Below, one piece after another: positions 38,018 through 48,816 of a stretch of DNA of 64,000 nucleotides; the stretch's first letter is position 1, and each line of letters opens with the position of its first letter. The stretch is taken from the IMG/VR virus record IMGVR_UViG_3300009060_000024; one strand, 5' to 3'. Made by a program: the position numbers and the translations under genes. This stretch comes from an uncultured virus (IMG/VR IMGVR_UViG_3300009060_000024). Its lineage: Duplodnaviria; Heunggongvirae; Uroviricota; Caudoviricetes. The notes under the pieces are model-generated. The model was given only the letters and a program-made list of their open reading frames with translations, searched no databases and was not told where the DNA came from.

Positions 38018-38959
38018 CTACCGGATGAAATACTCTGTTAAGAAAGGAATCACAAATGAAAGCATCACTCCGGCATAGTACCACATCCAGCTCGGGTGGT
38101 TTCCAGTTCGGCTATCTATCTTGTGAGGATTAACAGCCATGTGGTATAGCATAAATAGGCAGAATGGTATTATAAGTAACATGGAAGATAAGTCTCTGGG
38201 TACAATGTTCATTGAAATACCGAAAGACATAACAGCTATCATCATGAACATCGACCCAGAAGCTATTACAGATACTCCTTTAACACCGTACATTACCACA
38301 AATGTCTTTATATTATGAGATGCGTCCACCTCTCTGTCAATTATATCTGCCGAGTTTTGGAAACCTAGGACGTAGAAGAACATGAACAGCCCCAGAGTCC
38401 ACGGCAATGCACTATACACATTTCCATACGCTGACCAAACTACTGGAAAGCTCAACAGTCCTCTGCTTACAGCTTGCCATGGTATACTTATCCTTCTCTC
38501 TTTAGCTCTTATAGGACCAAGATTATAAAACACGCCGAAGAATATTGTGACAGTCATCATCATACCAAACTGAGTGTCTACCATGTAAGCTCTACCAAGA
38601 GATATTAGTATCAGTATCCAAGCCAGCGTTCTAGCCTCGTCAACTGACACAAGCCCGGACGGTATCGGCCTGTTTCTTTTATGCTCTGTTTTGGCATCCA
38701 TATCAGCATCTTCTGCCATGTTAAGGGTTTGAGATGCTCCATGTGCAAGAGCCACTGTTACAGTTGCAAACACAACATTTGCCCAATTTGAAATTATACC
38801 ATGTATATTGTTATGATAGTAGAAAAAGAATAGAGATCCAAACAGGAACGCTACAGACATTCCTACCGTACTTGCTGGCTTTGTAAGGTCTATATACGCT
38901 CTTATTCTCTCTGGTACAATGCTTGTTCTACTGTAACTCTCCCCTAGACCCCATTTCAT
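38018..38959 (-). CDS. UbiA-family prenyltransferase 2
   Basis: YIDLTKP, NMAEDADMD...RNRPIPSG, DIIDREVD. Confidence 0.92.
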   Translation of the reverse strand: MKWGLGESYSRTSIVPERIRAYIDLTKPASTVGMSVAFLFGSLFFFYYHNNIHGIISNWANVVFATVTVALAHGASQTLNMAEDADMDAKTEHKRNRPIPSGLVSVDEARTLAWILILISLGRAYMVDTQFGMMMTVTIFFGVFYNLGPIRAKERRISIPWQAVSRGLLSFPVVWSAYGNVYSALPWTLGLFMFFYVLGFQNSADIIDREVDASHNIKTFVVMYGVKGVSVIASGSMFMMIAVMSFGISMNIVPRDLSSMLLIIPFCLFMLYHMAVNPHKIDSRTGNHPSWMWYYAGVMLSFVIPFLTEYFIR

Positions 38960-39254
38960 TTGTTAGACACCTGAAGCAATGAGCTTCATCTTACACAATG
39001 TACGAAACCACGGTATAAAAAAGTGCCTTGTCCGAGTTATGAGTCACTTTTTATTCGATCCTTTACCTCCGAGCATGTAATCAGCCATTTGCTGGCTTAT
39101 AGGAAAGTTGATCCCATTGGCTCTGTCCCTGCATGCTTTACGTTTTATTTCTGCCTTCCTTTGGTCTGATGGTTGCTGACCAAAGAAATTGCCTATACCG
39201 TTAATCCAGTCATTTGCCCATTGGCTATTCTCACAGTAACTTATGAACTCTTGC

Positions 39255-39566
39255 TTATTCACTTTCTACATCCTCATTTACAACCCAGTCATTTCCATCT
39301 TCCCAATGGACCTCTTCTACTGGCACATGCTCTTTGCACCCATAACAAAACGTCTTATCGTACCATGTTGGATCTCGTGCTATTGACTTTGGCAACTCGC
39401 CTGTCATTGTTGTTTTGACTCCACACTTATCGTGAATGTACGATTTCCTTGGCCTCTGTTCAAACTCAGATTCGTGTTCCTCCCCTATTACTGGATAGTT
39501 CTCATATTGCCCATCTTCATCTTTCTCGCCGTAATCAAAGTTGGTTTTGCGTGGGTCTTCTGCCAT
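39255..39566 (-). CDS. Zn-binding hypothetical protein
   Basis: YIHDKCG...ARDP.WY..TFCYGC. Confidence 0.7.
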   Translation of the reverse strand: MAEDPRKTNFDYGEKDEDGQYENYPVIGEEHESEFEQRPRKSYIHDKCGVKTTMTGELPKSIARDPTWYDKTFCYGCKEHVPVEEVHWEDGNDWVVNEDVESE

Positions 39567-39961
39567 TATTTTTTACCTCGTATAGGATTTGGAACTGTCA
39601 CATATTTATCTTCTGCATTTAATTTTATACTGTGCAGATGATCACTGTACCACTTCGGTATATTTCCATCCTTAGCTATATAAGTTGATACTTTGTACAT
39701 ATTAAGAACTCCAATGAGACCTCTGTTAATTCCATATACACCAGTCTCATATCTTCCTCTTCGTACAGGAGATGCATCAAGATTTGTTGATGACAACATA
39801 CCCATCTCTTTTGTTGTCATACGCTCCATGACTGCATATGATGTTATTATTGCGTAATTTGTGTGTTCTTCAATGCTTTGAGGGTTTTTTGTTAGAGCCT
39901 TTCTGTATAGAACTCTTCCCCTCGATACATCGCCGTTTTCTATATCTTGTTTTATACTCAT
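39566..39961 (-). CDS. hypothetical protein
   Basis: 131-aa ORF. Confidence 0.6.
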   Translation of the reverse strand: MSIKQDIENGDVSRGRVLYRKALTKNPQSIEEHTNYAIITSYAVMERMTTKEMGMLSSTNLDASPVRRGRYETGVYGINRGLIGVLNMYKVSTYIAKDGNIPKWYSDHLHSIKLNAEDKYVTVPNPIRGKK

Positions 39962-39997
39962 TTTAATTTTATGTTGTTCTTGTGTCTTCTGCCATTG

Positions 39998-40282
39998 TCA
40001 CTCAAATCCGACTTGAAACCCGACAACATCAACAGTCGATACAGCTTCAGCATCGTCTGCAAGACTGTCTAGATCGTCTAGAGAAACAACATCCATACCG
40101 GTGCTTATCCCGTATGTATCCACCCTCTTATCCAACTCAACAGACACTTTTGTCCATCCAACATCGTGGAGACTGCGCTCAAACGATTTAGGGTCGAGAT
40201 ACGCGCTCTGCGCTGTCATAAGCAATACAACATCTCCTGTGGCAAGTGGCCTTGGAAGGCCAGCGAATTTTCCTTTTGGCAT
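39998..40282 (-). CDS. hypothetical protein (GLPRPL N-terminus)
   Basis: 94-aa ORF. Confidence 0.65.
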   Translation of the reverse strand: MPKGKFAGLPRPLATGDVVLLMTAQSAYLDPKSFERSLHDVGWTKVSVELDKRVDTYGISTGMDVVSLDDLDSLADDAEAVSTVDVVGFQVGFE

Positions 40283-40283
40283 T

Positions 40284-40889
40284 TTAATCTTTGTTACCGT
40301 AATCTGCTTGTTTCCAGTTCTGTGGGATGCTTCCCTTCTGAACGTTACTATTTGGGTTTTGCTCTATCTTACTTCTCACCTGTTGGAATAGTTGGTGGTG
40401 ATGTGTTTCGTCTTTGATTATCTCATTGATGACAGGCTCAAATCCTGGGTATCCCACTTGTTTTGCGTAAGATGCTATCTCGGGGTATGTGTCCATGGCA
40501 TCCTGCTCTGCTTCTTCAAGAGCGGACGCGGCTTGTCTTGTGTCGAGGTATTGCCCTGTCGGGTTGAGTTCATCAAACACCATGTGCATCTGTGTAGACG
40601 TTTGTGGTGCCCCGCCAGCTCTAGTAATCATAACCGAAAACTTGTGGAGGTGGTCGAACTCGTCGTTAGCGGCATACCTCATGTGTTCACCAAGAGTCTG
40701 AGCGTATGGACCACTCAGATTATACGACTCGGACACATAATTAATTATCGCTTCTGCTTCAGACGTGTGTGCATCTTGAAGCATGTTTATGAGTCTCTGG
40801 TTTGGTGAACCAGTATCTCTTGGGAATGATTTATTGTTTCCTACGAACGGTCCAAACGGCCTCTTATTTGCGAATGGCCTTCTTGGCAT
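40284..40889 (-). CDS. ferritin-like (bacterioferritin/DPS-like) di-iron protein with basic N-terminal extension
   Basis: E..A...Y, DEFDH, AEQDA..Y, DETHH. Confidence 0.85.
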   Translation of the reverse strand: MPRRPFANKRPFGPFVGNNKSFPRDTGSPNQRLINMLQDAHTSEAEAIINYVSESYNLSGPYAQTLGEHMRYAANDEFDHLHKFSVMITRAGGAPQTSTQMHMVFDELNPTGQYLDTRQAASALEEAEQDAMDTYPEIASYAKQVGYPGFEPVINEIIKDETHHHQLFQQVRSKIEQNPNSNVQKGSIPQNWKQADYGNKD

Positions 40890-41160
40890 TGTTATACTTT
40901 AGACGATATTTTTCTCAAGGCAAATGGTATTGGTCATCCAAATGTCCATTTTTATCTCCTAAACACCATGTAAATGGGGTAATCTGTACCCCCCGTGTTT
41001 GGTTTACCTCCGTATGAAAACGCTATCAACGACCATCCTTCTGAAAGGCGAGTGCTTATTACTTTTTCTGCTTCATTTCTGTACTCTGAATTTTCAATTA
41101 TTACCTCATCTCCAGGATGTGCCAACGCACTGTCAACTATGTCCTTTGGTCTTTTTACCA

Positions 41161-41592
41161 TTATTGCGTGTCCATTATAATCGTTCTAATCCCAACACTA
41201 TGCGACTCTGTACTGAGTGTTCTTTCTATCACGTTTGCTATCTTATGGAGTTGTGAATCTTGCACCGGTAGTGAGTCTCCACGTAACGACACTACGACGG
41301 CTTGGTTATTAAAGGGTTTGGCTGATGTTCTCCCGCTACGTTCGTATGATATGCGAGGATGGCCAGATACCTTATCGTATACTTTCTCTTTAAATGTGCT
41401 AGATTCTACCGTCCGGGGTAGGGTGGCTACGTGGCTATCTAACACGAAAAGTACGTTCAAAGCAGACTTTGGTTTGTTGGGCATTGTCGTTCCATGCACA
41501 CCCAACTGAACCTTTTCTCCCGTGCCTCTAGACATGTCTATGTCCATGAAAGGGCCAACAGGACGATGCTTTGCCAGTGGCCTGTTAACCAT
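41161..41592 (-). CDS. small basic protein (RPL..RPVGPF N-terminus)
   Basis: 143-aa ORF. Confidence 0.65.
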   Translation of the reverse strand: MVNRPLAKHRPVGPFMDIDMSRGTGEKVQLGVHGTTMPNKPKSALNVLFVLDSHVATLPRTVESSTFKEKVYDKVSGHPRISYERSGRTSAKPFNNQAVVVSLRGDSLPVQDSQLHKIANVIERTLSTESHSVGIRTIIMDTQ

Positions 41593-41593
41593 T

Positions 41594-41944
41594 TTACACT
41601 CCTATTGCGTTTCTAACTTTATCTCCAGGGCTTAATACAGCAGCAACAACTTCAACATGCTGAGCTTCAACACCCCTGCTTTTGAACTTTCTCTTGAGTA
41701 TCTCCCCCACACGTTGTGCGTTATCTGTGCTTACATGAGATACGTTGGTTATGAACCCAACCTGAGGAGGTCTGTCTTTAACTGTTACGTTGCGTGTATA
41801 CAGCCCTATTTCATTTCTGTTCATCGTCTCGTTAAACAATCTTTCCAGTTCTCCATCCCCCATCTCAGATAATGGAGCGTAACTCCCCTTGAAGAGTATA
41901 TGGAACTCTATTCTCCTGTCTACGAACGGTCTTTTATTTTCCAT
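41594..41944 (-). CDS. small basic protein (KRPF N-terminus)
   Basis: 116-aa ORF. Confidence 0.65.
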   Translation of the reverse strand: MENKRPFVDRRIEFHILFKGSYAPLSEMGDGELERLFNETMNRNEIGLYTRNVTVKDRPPQVGFITNVSHVSTDNAQRVGEILKRKFKSRGVEAQHVEVVAAVLSPGDKVRNAIGV

Positions 41945-44901
41945 CAGTCACTCACAACGTCTACGGTTATTATTCTCCTGTGTGTAAGTAAGAATCTGTG
42001 GCCTTTCTTCACAGGAGAAGACCTTACGTTCTTGATCGTCGTTATTCTGTCCAATTCTCCTTTTGTGATGTTGTTCAACGCATCCTCTATTGTTGGAACG
42101 GCACCTGCAGAAACAATAGCTCTCGCCCTTGCTCTATTTTCCCATGTTATCTTTGGAGCAACAGTAGGACCGTCAAGCACCACCTTAACAGTTTTCACTC
42201 CATCATTTTGCTCTACCGACATTGTTTCTGATACTATTCTCATGGTTTTAGTGGTGTTGGTATGTTTCTGTCCTCCACCTTTACTTTAGCCCTCCATGTA
42301 GTTGATGTCCTTCTCTTTGTGAGTGGCTTAAGACTCTCTATTGTTATCTTCTGCCTGAAGTAGTCTACTGTTGACGGAGGTGCTTCAAACTTTGATGTGA
42401 ATCTAGCAGTTTCCTTTGCCCACGAATCTACTGTTATAGTATGCATCTCATACGAATCATGTCTGTCTATAGTATGGGTGACAACTTTAAACCCGAGATT
42501 AACTCCGCTGACTGGATTTATCCCGTTTATGGTAGAAGTTACAAAGTATGTAACTGCTCCTGTAACATTTCCTTTACCAGCGTATCCAAGAGGCCCTCTT
42601 GGTATCTTGTCAACGTTATTCTCCAAGAAGTCTCTCACCGGACGTTTTTTAGACGCCGCTTTTCGTATACGGCTACCGTCAGGCGCATGGATACGATCAA
42701 GAACCATTCTATGTCATCTGATTAGTATTCAACGATCCTGATTTAGGTGGCATCTCAGATGGTTGCATGTTGCTTATCGGAACGAACACGTCAACCTCAT
42801 AATTATTGAATGGTCCAGCTATCTTGTTTATCTTCCTAACTCCAAGGACGACCATGTTGTTTGCCTTTGCAGGGAACTTAAGAGCTACTTGAGGGATCGC
42901 AAGAGTCTTAGCTGACCCTTCTGATGTACCCCTCTGCCTGATCGTTAGTCTTATCCCTTTCTTGCCGTTACGTGTGAACTCCTGAGTGTTTACTACTTTT
43001 CCCATCTTTTGCTTCCGAGTTTTAGTATGTCGTCATGTGGTTTATTACTTCCGGTGCCTTGTGATGATCATTTCATCACAGAAAGAGTTACATCATAGTC
43101 ATTCATAAGATTGCCAGATTCTACCTTATCCGACTTTGATATTATCACTTCAGATGGCTCAAATGGGTTTTTTATCCTCACAAATGCCCTTCCTTTTGCT
43201 TTCGCCGACGTTTCGGACATTGCCTTTATCTTAAGCTCGTATGTTAGAGTTTTACTCCCTCCTATCTTCTTCTTTATGTACTCAGGAGTTATCTTCGATA
43301 TTTCCTTTGTGAGTGTATCGACTATACCTCCCTCGGAAGGTTTCTTTGACCCTGTGTATATTCTCTTCACCTGTATTCCTGGGAACGCTGTTTCATCCGC
43401 CATCATTTCCTCACTCCCAATGTCACAGTATATACATTCCCCACAGATATTTGGTTCGATCTTTTTACATGGAGTGTTTCAATCATTGATGGCTCAAAGA
43501 AGTTTTTTGCCCTAACATACATTTTCCCTCTGGTAACAGATCCTCTCTGCGTAAGCCCTTTTATATTGAGAGTGTATATTAACTCCGATTTTCCTGCAAA
43601 CCTTTTTTGGAGTAACGATGGAGTGATTGATTCTATCCCTTCTTCAATAGGCATCATATATTCGCCCTCTTTGTCCCTCATCATGCTTCCTCTTGTATCA
43701 ACACTTACCACCTCAACATTAGGGAACATCGGGGCAGTTGGCACTTTATACCCTCACTCCAACAGCTACATTGTACACGTTTGCAACAGCTCCGTGTTTG
43801 ATCTCTTGAACAGCTACAAACTCTGTATTTCTTGGTATTGTGTTGTAGTTTAGTGCTGCATATCTTCTACCGCGCCTCATTGCAACGCCTTTGGCAGGCG
43901 CTCTAACTATCATGTCAAACACAACATCCTCTTCAGATGGTATGTTATGATTTCCCTGAATGAAGTCTCCAGAGTTTACATAGCCATCATTCACACTCTC
44001 GAATATGCGTTCATGTGCAACCCCTTCTAGACGAACACCAACCACAGGGATGCGGAACCTCATTTGCACGCCCCTACTTTCTCACTCCAACAGCAACAGA
44101 GTATTTACCGGATGATATTTTCTCTGAGTTTACAATATTTACCATAGTTGGCTCAAAGAAGTTCTTTGCCCTCACATACGCCTTTGCCCTTACATTTGCA
44201 CCATGTTGACTCACCGCGTCAACGTTCATGGTGTAAACAAGCACAGACTCTCCAGCGAATCTGTCCCGAAGAGACTTTGGAGTGATGGTCTTTATACCCT
44301 CCTCGATGGGCTGCATAGACGGCCCCCCCTGCATCTCAGTGACTGACGATTTCGTGTCTACTCTAGTGACCGTTATACCGGGGAATATGTTTGCTTCTGT
44401 CATTGTTTTATCTCTGTTTTAATCGTGTACGAATACTTTGACTTCGTATGTATCTCTTACTAACCTAGTCTTTACCACATTCACGTCTTGTATATTATAC
44501 TCATCTGTGAGTATTGAAGTGAATCCAGACGCTGACTCAAAGAACGCTTCGGCCTCAGCTACATTGCTAAGGGGAGAATCGACGTTGACAGTATATAACG
44601 TTCCGTTATGTGCTTGCTCTGTATTCACAATACTTACAGATGTGTCAACAGGAGCGTAGTCTTTGGCGACCTTTACTATCGCAGCTCCAACCATGCCTAT
44701 TCCAACACCTCCCCCAATATTACGATTCTTCATCTTTGGGGCGGCGTTCTTTATAGCTTTGCCTGGAGTGTTACGGATGTCCGACGCTTTTTTGTCTGCC
44801 TTATTAATCACTCTCCTCCATATGGGTTCTCTGTCGAGGAGCTTCCTTATAGGTCCGCTTGGAGGGTCTCCGCCCATGTTATTTTTATTCATCTTTGGCA
44901 T
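41944..44901 (-). other. tandem array of 8 paralogous small proteins (41944-42243, 42240-42707, 42709-43005, 43068-43406, 43403-43744, 43746-44069, 44074-44403, 44419-44901)
   Basis: Shared Y/F-x-h-x-h-x-A...A..(R/K)A..(Y/F)...KN.F.P....h....Y.V.V.V; three copies share FP.I.V..V/I...EG.K.ITP..L...FAG.S.L.Y. Confidence 0.85.
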
Positions 44902-44903
44902 TG

Positions 44904-45239
44904 TTATACGTACTGCTGAGACATCTTCTCTGCGTTGCGTTGTTGCCGTCCTGCCTCGCCGTTCACCTGCCCAGTTCCGAGGACAGACTTCTTGCCAACA
45001 CTAAGACCACTCGTTCCAAACAGCCTTCCTCTGATAGGACCGCTTGGGAATACGAGTGTTGCCATTGGCCCATTCGCTATTGTTATGCCTATTCCGTCTT
45101 TCTGGAGATATACAAGCTTGTTGCCGAACTCTCCAGTTCGAGACCATCCGTCAGTTTGGAATTGTTTTACCACGTCACTAAACGGTCTGTTTTCTCTCTT
45201 AAAAACAGACGTTCCGAAGTTGATGTTTAATCCTGGCAT
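44904..45239 (-). CDS. small basic protein (RPF/GPIRG motifs)
   Basis: 111-aa ORF. Confidence 0.65.
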   Translation of the reverse strand: MPGLNINFGTSVFKRENRPFSDVVKQFQTDGWSRTGEFGNKLVYLQKDGIGITIANGPMATLVFPSGPIRGRLFGTSGLSVGKKSVLGTGQVNGEAGRQQRNAEKMSQQYV

Positions 45240-45521
45240 TTATAGATTCTTGAATAATGTTCCGTTTGCTTTGTCAGCTGCCTGCTTCACATGGTCGAAA
45301 ACCGTGCCTTGAGCAGCTTTCCTAACCGGCTCCATGGCCCTCTGAGATGCGTTTTCTGCAAGCTTCTCCGGGGTCCTGTTCTCTGATATGGACCTGTCTA
45401 AGTGGTCAAGTATATTTCTCCTCACTCCTTTATCAACCACTCTCGGCCTGTCTTTTAGCATCCTAACAACGTGGGGTTTAACGAGAGGATCACTCCCATT
45501 ATTACCACTGTTAGCGGCCAT
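45240..45521 (-). CDS. small basic helical protein
   Basis: 93-aa ORF, first gene after an upstream TATA. Confidence 0.65.
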   Translation of the reverse strand: MAANSGNNGSDPLVKPHVVRMLKDRPRVVDKGVRRNILDHLDRSISENRTPEKLAENASQRAMEPVRKAAQGTVFDHVKQAADKANGTLFKNL

Positions 45522-45568
45522 ATTGGTAACAACGGGGTTTGGTTATAAATAAGTTGTGGGGACGCATC

Positions 45569-45883
45569 TCATTTAACAAGTAAGTACCTGATCTCGTCGC
45601 CCACGGTATCTCCTAATATGTACACGTCTTGGTTCAGCGTACTCATTGCAACAGATATTGTGTCCCCATGATACAGAGGGAACGCCGTTGACGAATCTAT
45701 ATTATTATCCCAAGCTATGTATATGGTGCCAGAATTTGAATTGTCTGCCCGCAGTACCCATTCATCTCCATCTGCACTAAATGGAATACTGTAGACTTCA
45801 TTTGCTGTTCCTATGGTGAACGATCCATATCCTGTGCCTTTTGTATACGGTCTTCTCTTGCCAGTTGTGTCTGTTGATCCCAT
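45569..45883 (-). CDS. putative minor virion beta-sandwich protein
   Basis: AD..N...IYI...PL..GD.I shared with the next gene. Confidence 0.65.
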   Translation of the reverse strand: MGSTDTTGKRRPYTKGTGYGSFTIGTANEVYSIPFSADGDEWVLRADNSNSGTIYIAWDNNIDSSTAFPLYHGDTISVAMSTLNQDVYILGDTVGDEIRYLLVK

Positions 45884-45885
45884 TG

Positions 45886-46545
45886 TTATATCATTCCAAG
45901 TAAGTCAACTTGCTGTCCTGATGATGATGACGCCATGTAGAGCTGCTCCTGCCTGAGGTCTATATCAACGTCTATCGAATCTCCTGGCCCAAGAACATAA
46001 CCAGAATCTGGTTCCACGCCATCGTTTCCTATGTATATATCATCTGTGTTTGTTGGGTCTGCTTCTATGAACAGAGACTTAGATGCTATATTTGCACTGT
46101 CAGATCCTGGTACGACAACCTCTGGCTCATCAGCATTAGATATTGCGTTGGTTCCAGAAACTGTTATTTGGCTTAATGGCTGAGTGTAGTTAGCTATGTC
46201 GTAAACAGCTGAAAGTTGTAACGCCTGTATCTCGGCTATTACAGCAAGAAGTTGTTGCTGATTAAGCGTGTTAAGCTGGTTGAATCCAGGTATATTGATG
46301 TTTAATGATCTGTTCCTAGTATACGCTTTTGGATTTCTTCCTTTCTTTTCAAGATACTGTGGATTAGGCTCCAAAATGCTCATTACACTTTGGAACTCAT
46401 TTGCGAGACCTTGCGGAGGGTTGGTTCCTGTTGTCTCGCTTGCCCATCTTGCGACACCTTCTGCTTCTTTCTGAGCCCCGGTCTTTCCTCTCAATCTCTC
46501 ATCTGTTGCTTGGTCGTATGATACGTAATCGCTTTGTTTTGGCAT
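45886..46545 (-). CDS. putative minor virion protein
   Basis: C-terminal ADPTNTDDIYIG...LGPGDSI. Confidence 0.65.
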   Translation of the reverse strand: MPKQSDYVSYDQATDERLRGKTGAQKEAEGVARWASETTGTNPPQGLANEFQSVMSILEPNPQYLEKKGRNPKAYTRNRSLNINIPGFNQLNTLNQQQLLAVIAEIQALQLSAVYDIANYTQPLSQITVSGTNAISNADEPEVVVPGSDSANIASKSLFIEADPTNTDDIYIGNDGVEPDSGYVLGPGDSIDVDIDLRQEQLYMASSSSGQQVDLLGMI

Positions 46546-48092
46546 TATATCATCTCCATCGCCTTGCTAAGATCAGGTTCCCCCCATCCGAACCTGGCGT
46601 CAAACCCTTTGTTTGTGAGCCCAAACCCAATCTTATTAACTGTAGTGATGTGAGGTGGGCTAGATGCCTGCTCAAGCACATACTTTATCTCCTCTGTCTG
46701 CATTGCCCCTCGGGGACCCCTTGTCTGAGATCTCGATTGAGATGACTGTGTTCCCTTGCCGTATTTACGCACAGCCTCTGACTGCATAAGAGTTACCATG
46801 CCTGCTATCAGAGGAGATGCATGGCTAGTTCCTGCAGTGCTTCCCATTATGCCATAACTCTCATCTTTGATCTCATATCCGTTTTTACCTCCCCAATATA
46901 CGTACTTTGGAATCCTAACTGAAACGTTTGGTTTTGGATCGGCTATCGGCGCACAATCTCCTCTCCCATGACTACTGTATATTTGAATCTCCTTCCCGTT
47001 ACTCATCATAGCACCAACTGCTATGAGCTGCTCAAGAGAGTTTGTGCCAGTCACGGCATTGGTCAATCCACTTGGCCTGTGTCCACACTGACGAGCTTCG
47101 TTACCAGCAGCGTAAACACTTGTTATTCCAGACTCTGAATTTGCTATTTTGATTATGTCGTTCTGAACAGTGTCGCAGAACGCTTCTTTTGGCCTCCCAG
47201 AGCAGAGTGGCGTTCCATAACTGTGGTTTGTTACAACCGGCTTGTTTAGGTTAAGCCCCAGTAGCCAGTCCCACGCATGCGCGATGATGTCGCTACGTAT
47301 TTGGTCCTTCGAGTCAGTTACACGTATTAGGATTATGTCTGCGTCTGGGGCCACCCCGTTAAATGGCACTCCGTTGCTTGTGTTAGCAAGAGCCGCACCT
47401 GATGTCATTGTTCCATGTCCTTCAGAAGGTGCCCACACAGACTGAGTATCTCCACCGTGATACTTATGGATTATCCTGCTCTGGTCAAACAAATCCTTAC
47501 TGAATCCAGTGTCAAACACAGCGCAGATTGCGTTTTCTCCACGAGTGTGATTTTGCCACACGTTAGGAATGCCAAGAGCGTTTATTATGTCTTCGAGGTT
47601 GTACTTCTGAGACTTTGCCGACTCTGTTTGAATTGACGATTCTCCCGACACGTCAACCCTAAGATTCTGAGGTCCAAAATCTGCTAACGACTCAACAAAG
47701 TCAACCCTTGTTACACCCTCTACATTTCTAACGTATGTCTTTAACGCATCTGTTGCAGCAACAGAAGGTATTGTTGCAGACATAACCTCTGATCCGCCTT
47801 TCCTTGCTTGCTGTATCTGTGAAATGCTCTGATCTATCTTGTTTGATACAGTTGATGTTGTGTTGTTCTTTATTGTGTTGAGTATGTCCTCTATCTTCGA
47901 CGCTGGTTCGGCTGTGATTATCGGTGCGTTCTGGAGTTTTTTCGGAGTAAATCCAAGTCTGTCTAACTCTGACACAACAGCACTCTGTTTATCAAAGTCA
48001 GAAACTCTCACCATTATCATGTTTCTCAGCTCAGCATATTGGTGAGGTCCTCCCGAAGTCATGCGCGCAACAGTATTTCGTATTACTGGCAT
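46545..48092 (-). CDS. S8 subtilisin-like serine protease with prodomain
   Basis: VFDTG (D), GHGTMT (H), AAGN, GTSHASP (S); no signal peptide. Confidence 0.95.
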   Translation of the reverse strand: MPVIRNTVARMTSGGPHQYAELRNMIMVRVSDFDKQSAVVSELDRLGFTPKKLQNAPIITAEPASKIEDILNTIKNNTTSTVSNKIDQSISQIQQARKGGSEVMSATIPSVAATDALKTYVRNVEGVTRVDFVESLADFGPQNLRVDVSGESSIQTESAKSQKYNLEDIINALGIPNVWQNHTRGENAICAVFDTGFSKDLFDQSRIIHKYHGGDTQSVWAPSEGHGTMTSGAALANTSNGVPFNGVAPDADIILIRVTDSKDQIRSDIIAHAWDWLLGLNLNKPVVTNHSYGTPLCSGRPKEAFCDTVQNDIIKIANSESGITSVYAAGNEARQCGHRPSGLTNAVTGTNSLEQLIAVGAMMSNGKEIQIYSSHGRGDCAPIADPKPNVSVRIPKYVYWGGKNGYEIKDESYGIMGSTAGTSHASPLIAGMVTLMQSEAVRKYGKGTQSSQSRSQTRGPRGAMQTEEIKYVLEQASSPPHITTVNKIGFGLTNKGFDARFGWGEPDLSKAMEMI

Positions 48093-48099
48093 CTGTACC

Positions 48100-48770
48100 T
48101 AAATACTATACCCATACATATAATATTTACTACACCCCCTATAATCTCTACACATAACAGATCTCTTTATCTCTTATGAGTTTTTATTTTATGTCTAGAC
48201 GGTCTAGGTTAGTATAATATTACTGTTATAACATGTATGGTAGCAAGGTATATAAGTGAGTATAGAGTATGTGTTACTGGATGCCACACAGTGGCTGTTC
48301 GTGCCAGCATATGGCGTTTTAAGGCGTCTCGCAGATCGTCTTCGTGACATTACATCTGTGTGGCATCCATCGCCCCCCACGCAACATCCCCTCCGGGGTG
48401 CCTCAGATTGAGGCATCCTTTTCGAGAACTTGATGGCAGCTGTGGCTATTCGTCTAGGAGATGCATCTCAACACACCGGTTTTGCGATAGAGTCCTACCC
48501 AACGACCTATACAGAGCCTATGTCCAGTCCTACCCATCTGCCTACCTCATCAGCCTACCCCCTCCACTCCAAAACGTATATATGTTGGCCTTACCTACGT
48601 AGGCTCGCACCTGACACAGAAGGCACGAATGACGAAAACCTGCAACACCATTCTGGTAAAACGCCGCATGGATATGAGTAGGCTCACGATAGGAGATGTC
48701 CTCATGGGTAGGTTTTTAGAGTGTGTCTGTAGGGACACGGTAGATGACGGGTGGGGAAAACCTACTCAAA
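48100..48770. other. candidate replication origin or control region
   Basis: AT-rich tract, 13-bp inverted repeat, CCTA(C/T) repeats converging on palindrome CCTACGTAGG; between divergent operons. Confidence 0.55.
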
Positions 48771-48816
48771 ATCGAGAGATCAAAATACATGATAAACCCT
48801 AGGAGGGGGTGAACGA

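Noticed and set aside
48540..48560. CUGAUGA on the minus strand as a second hammerhead
   Set aside because: No stem II-GAAA or flanking stems.
48480..48770. CRISPR or mini-array
   Set aside because: Repeats are only 5 bp with ~7-bp gaps; there are no 25-40-bp repeats.
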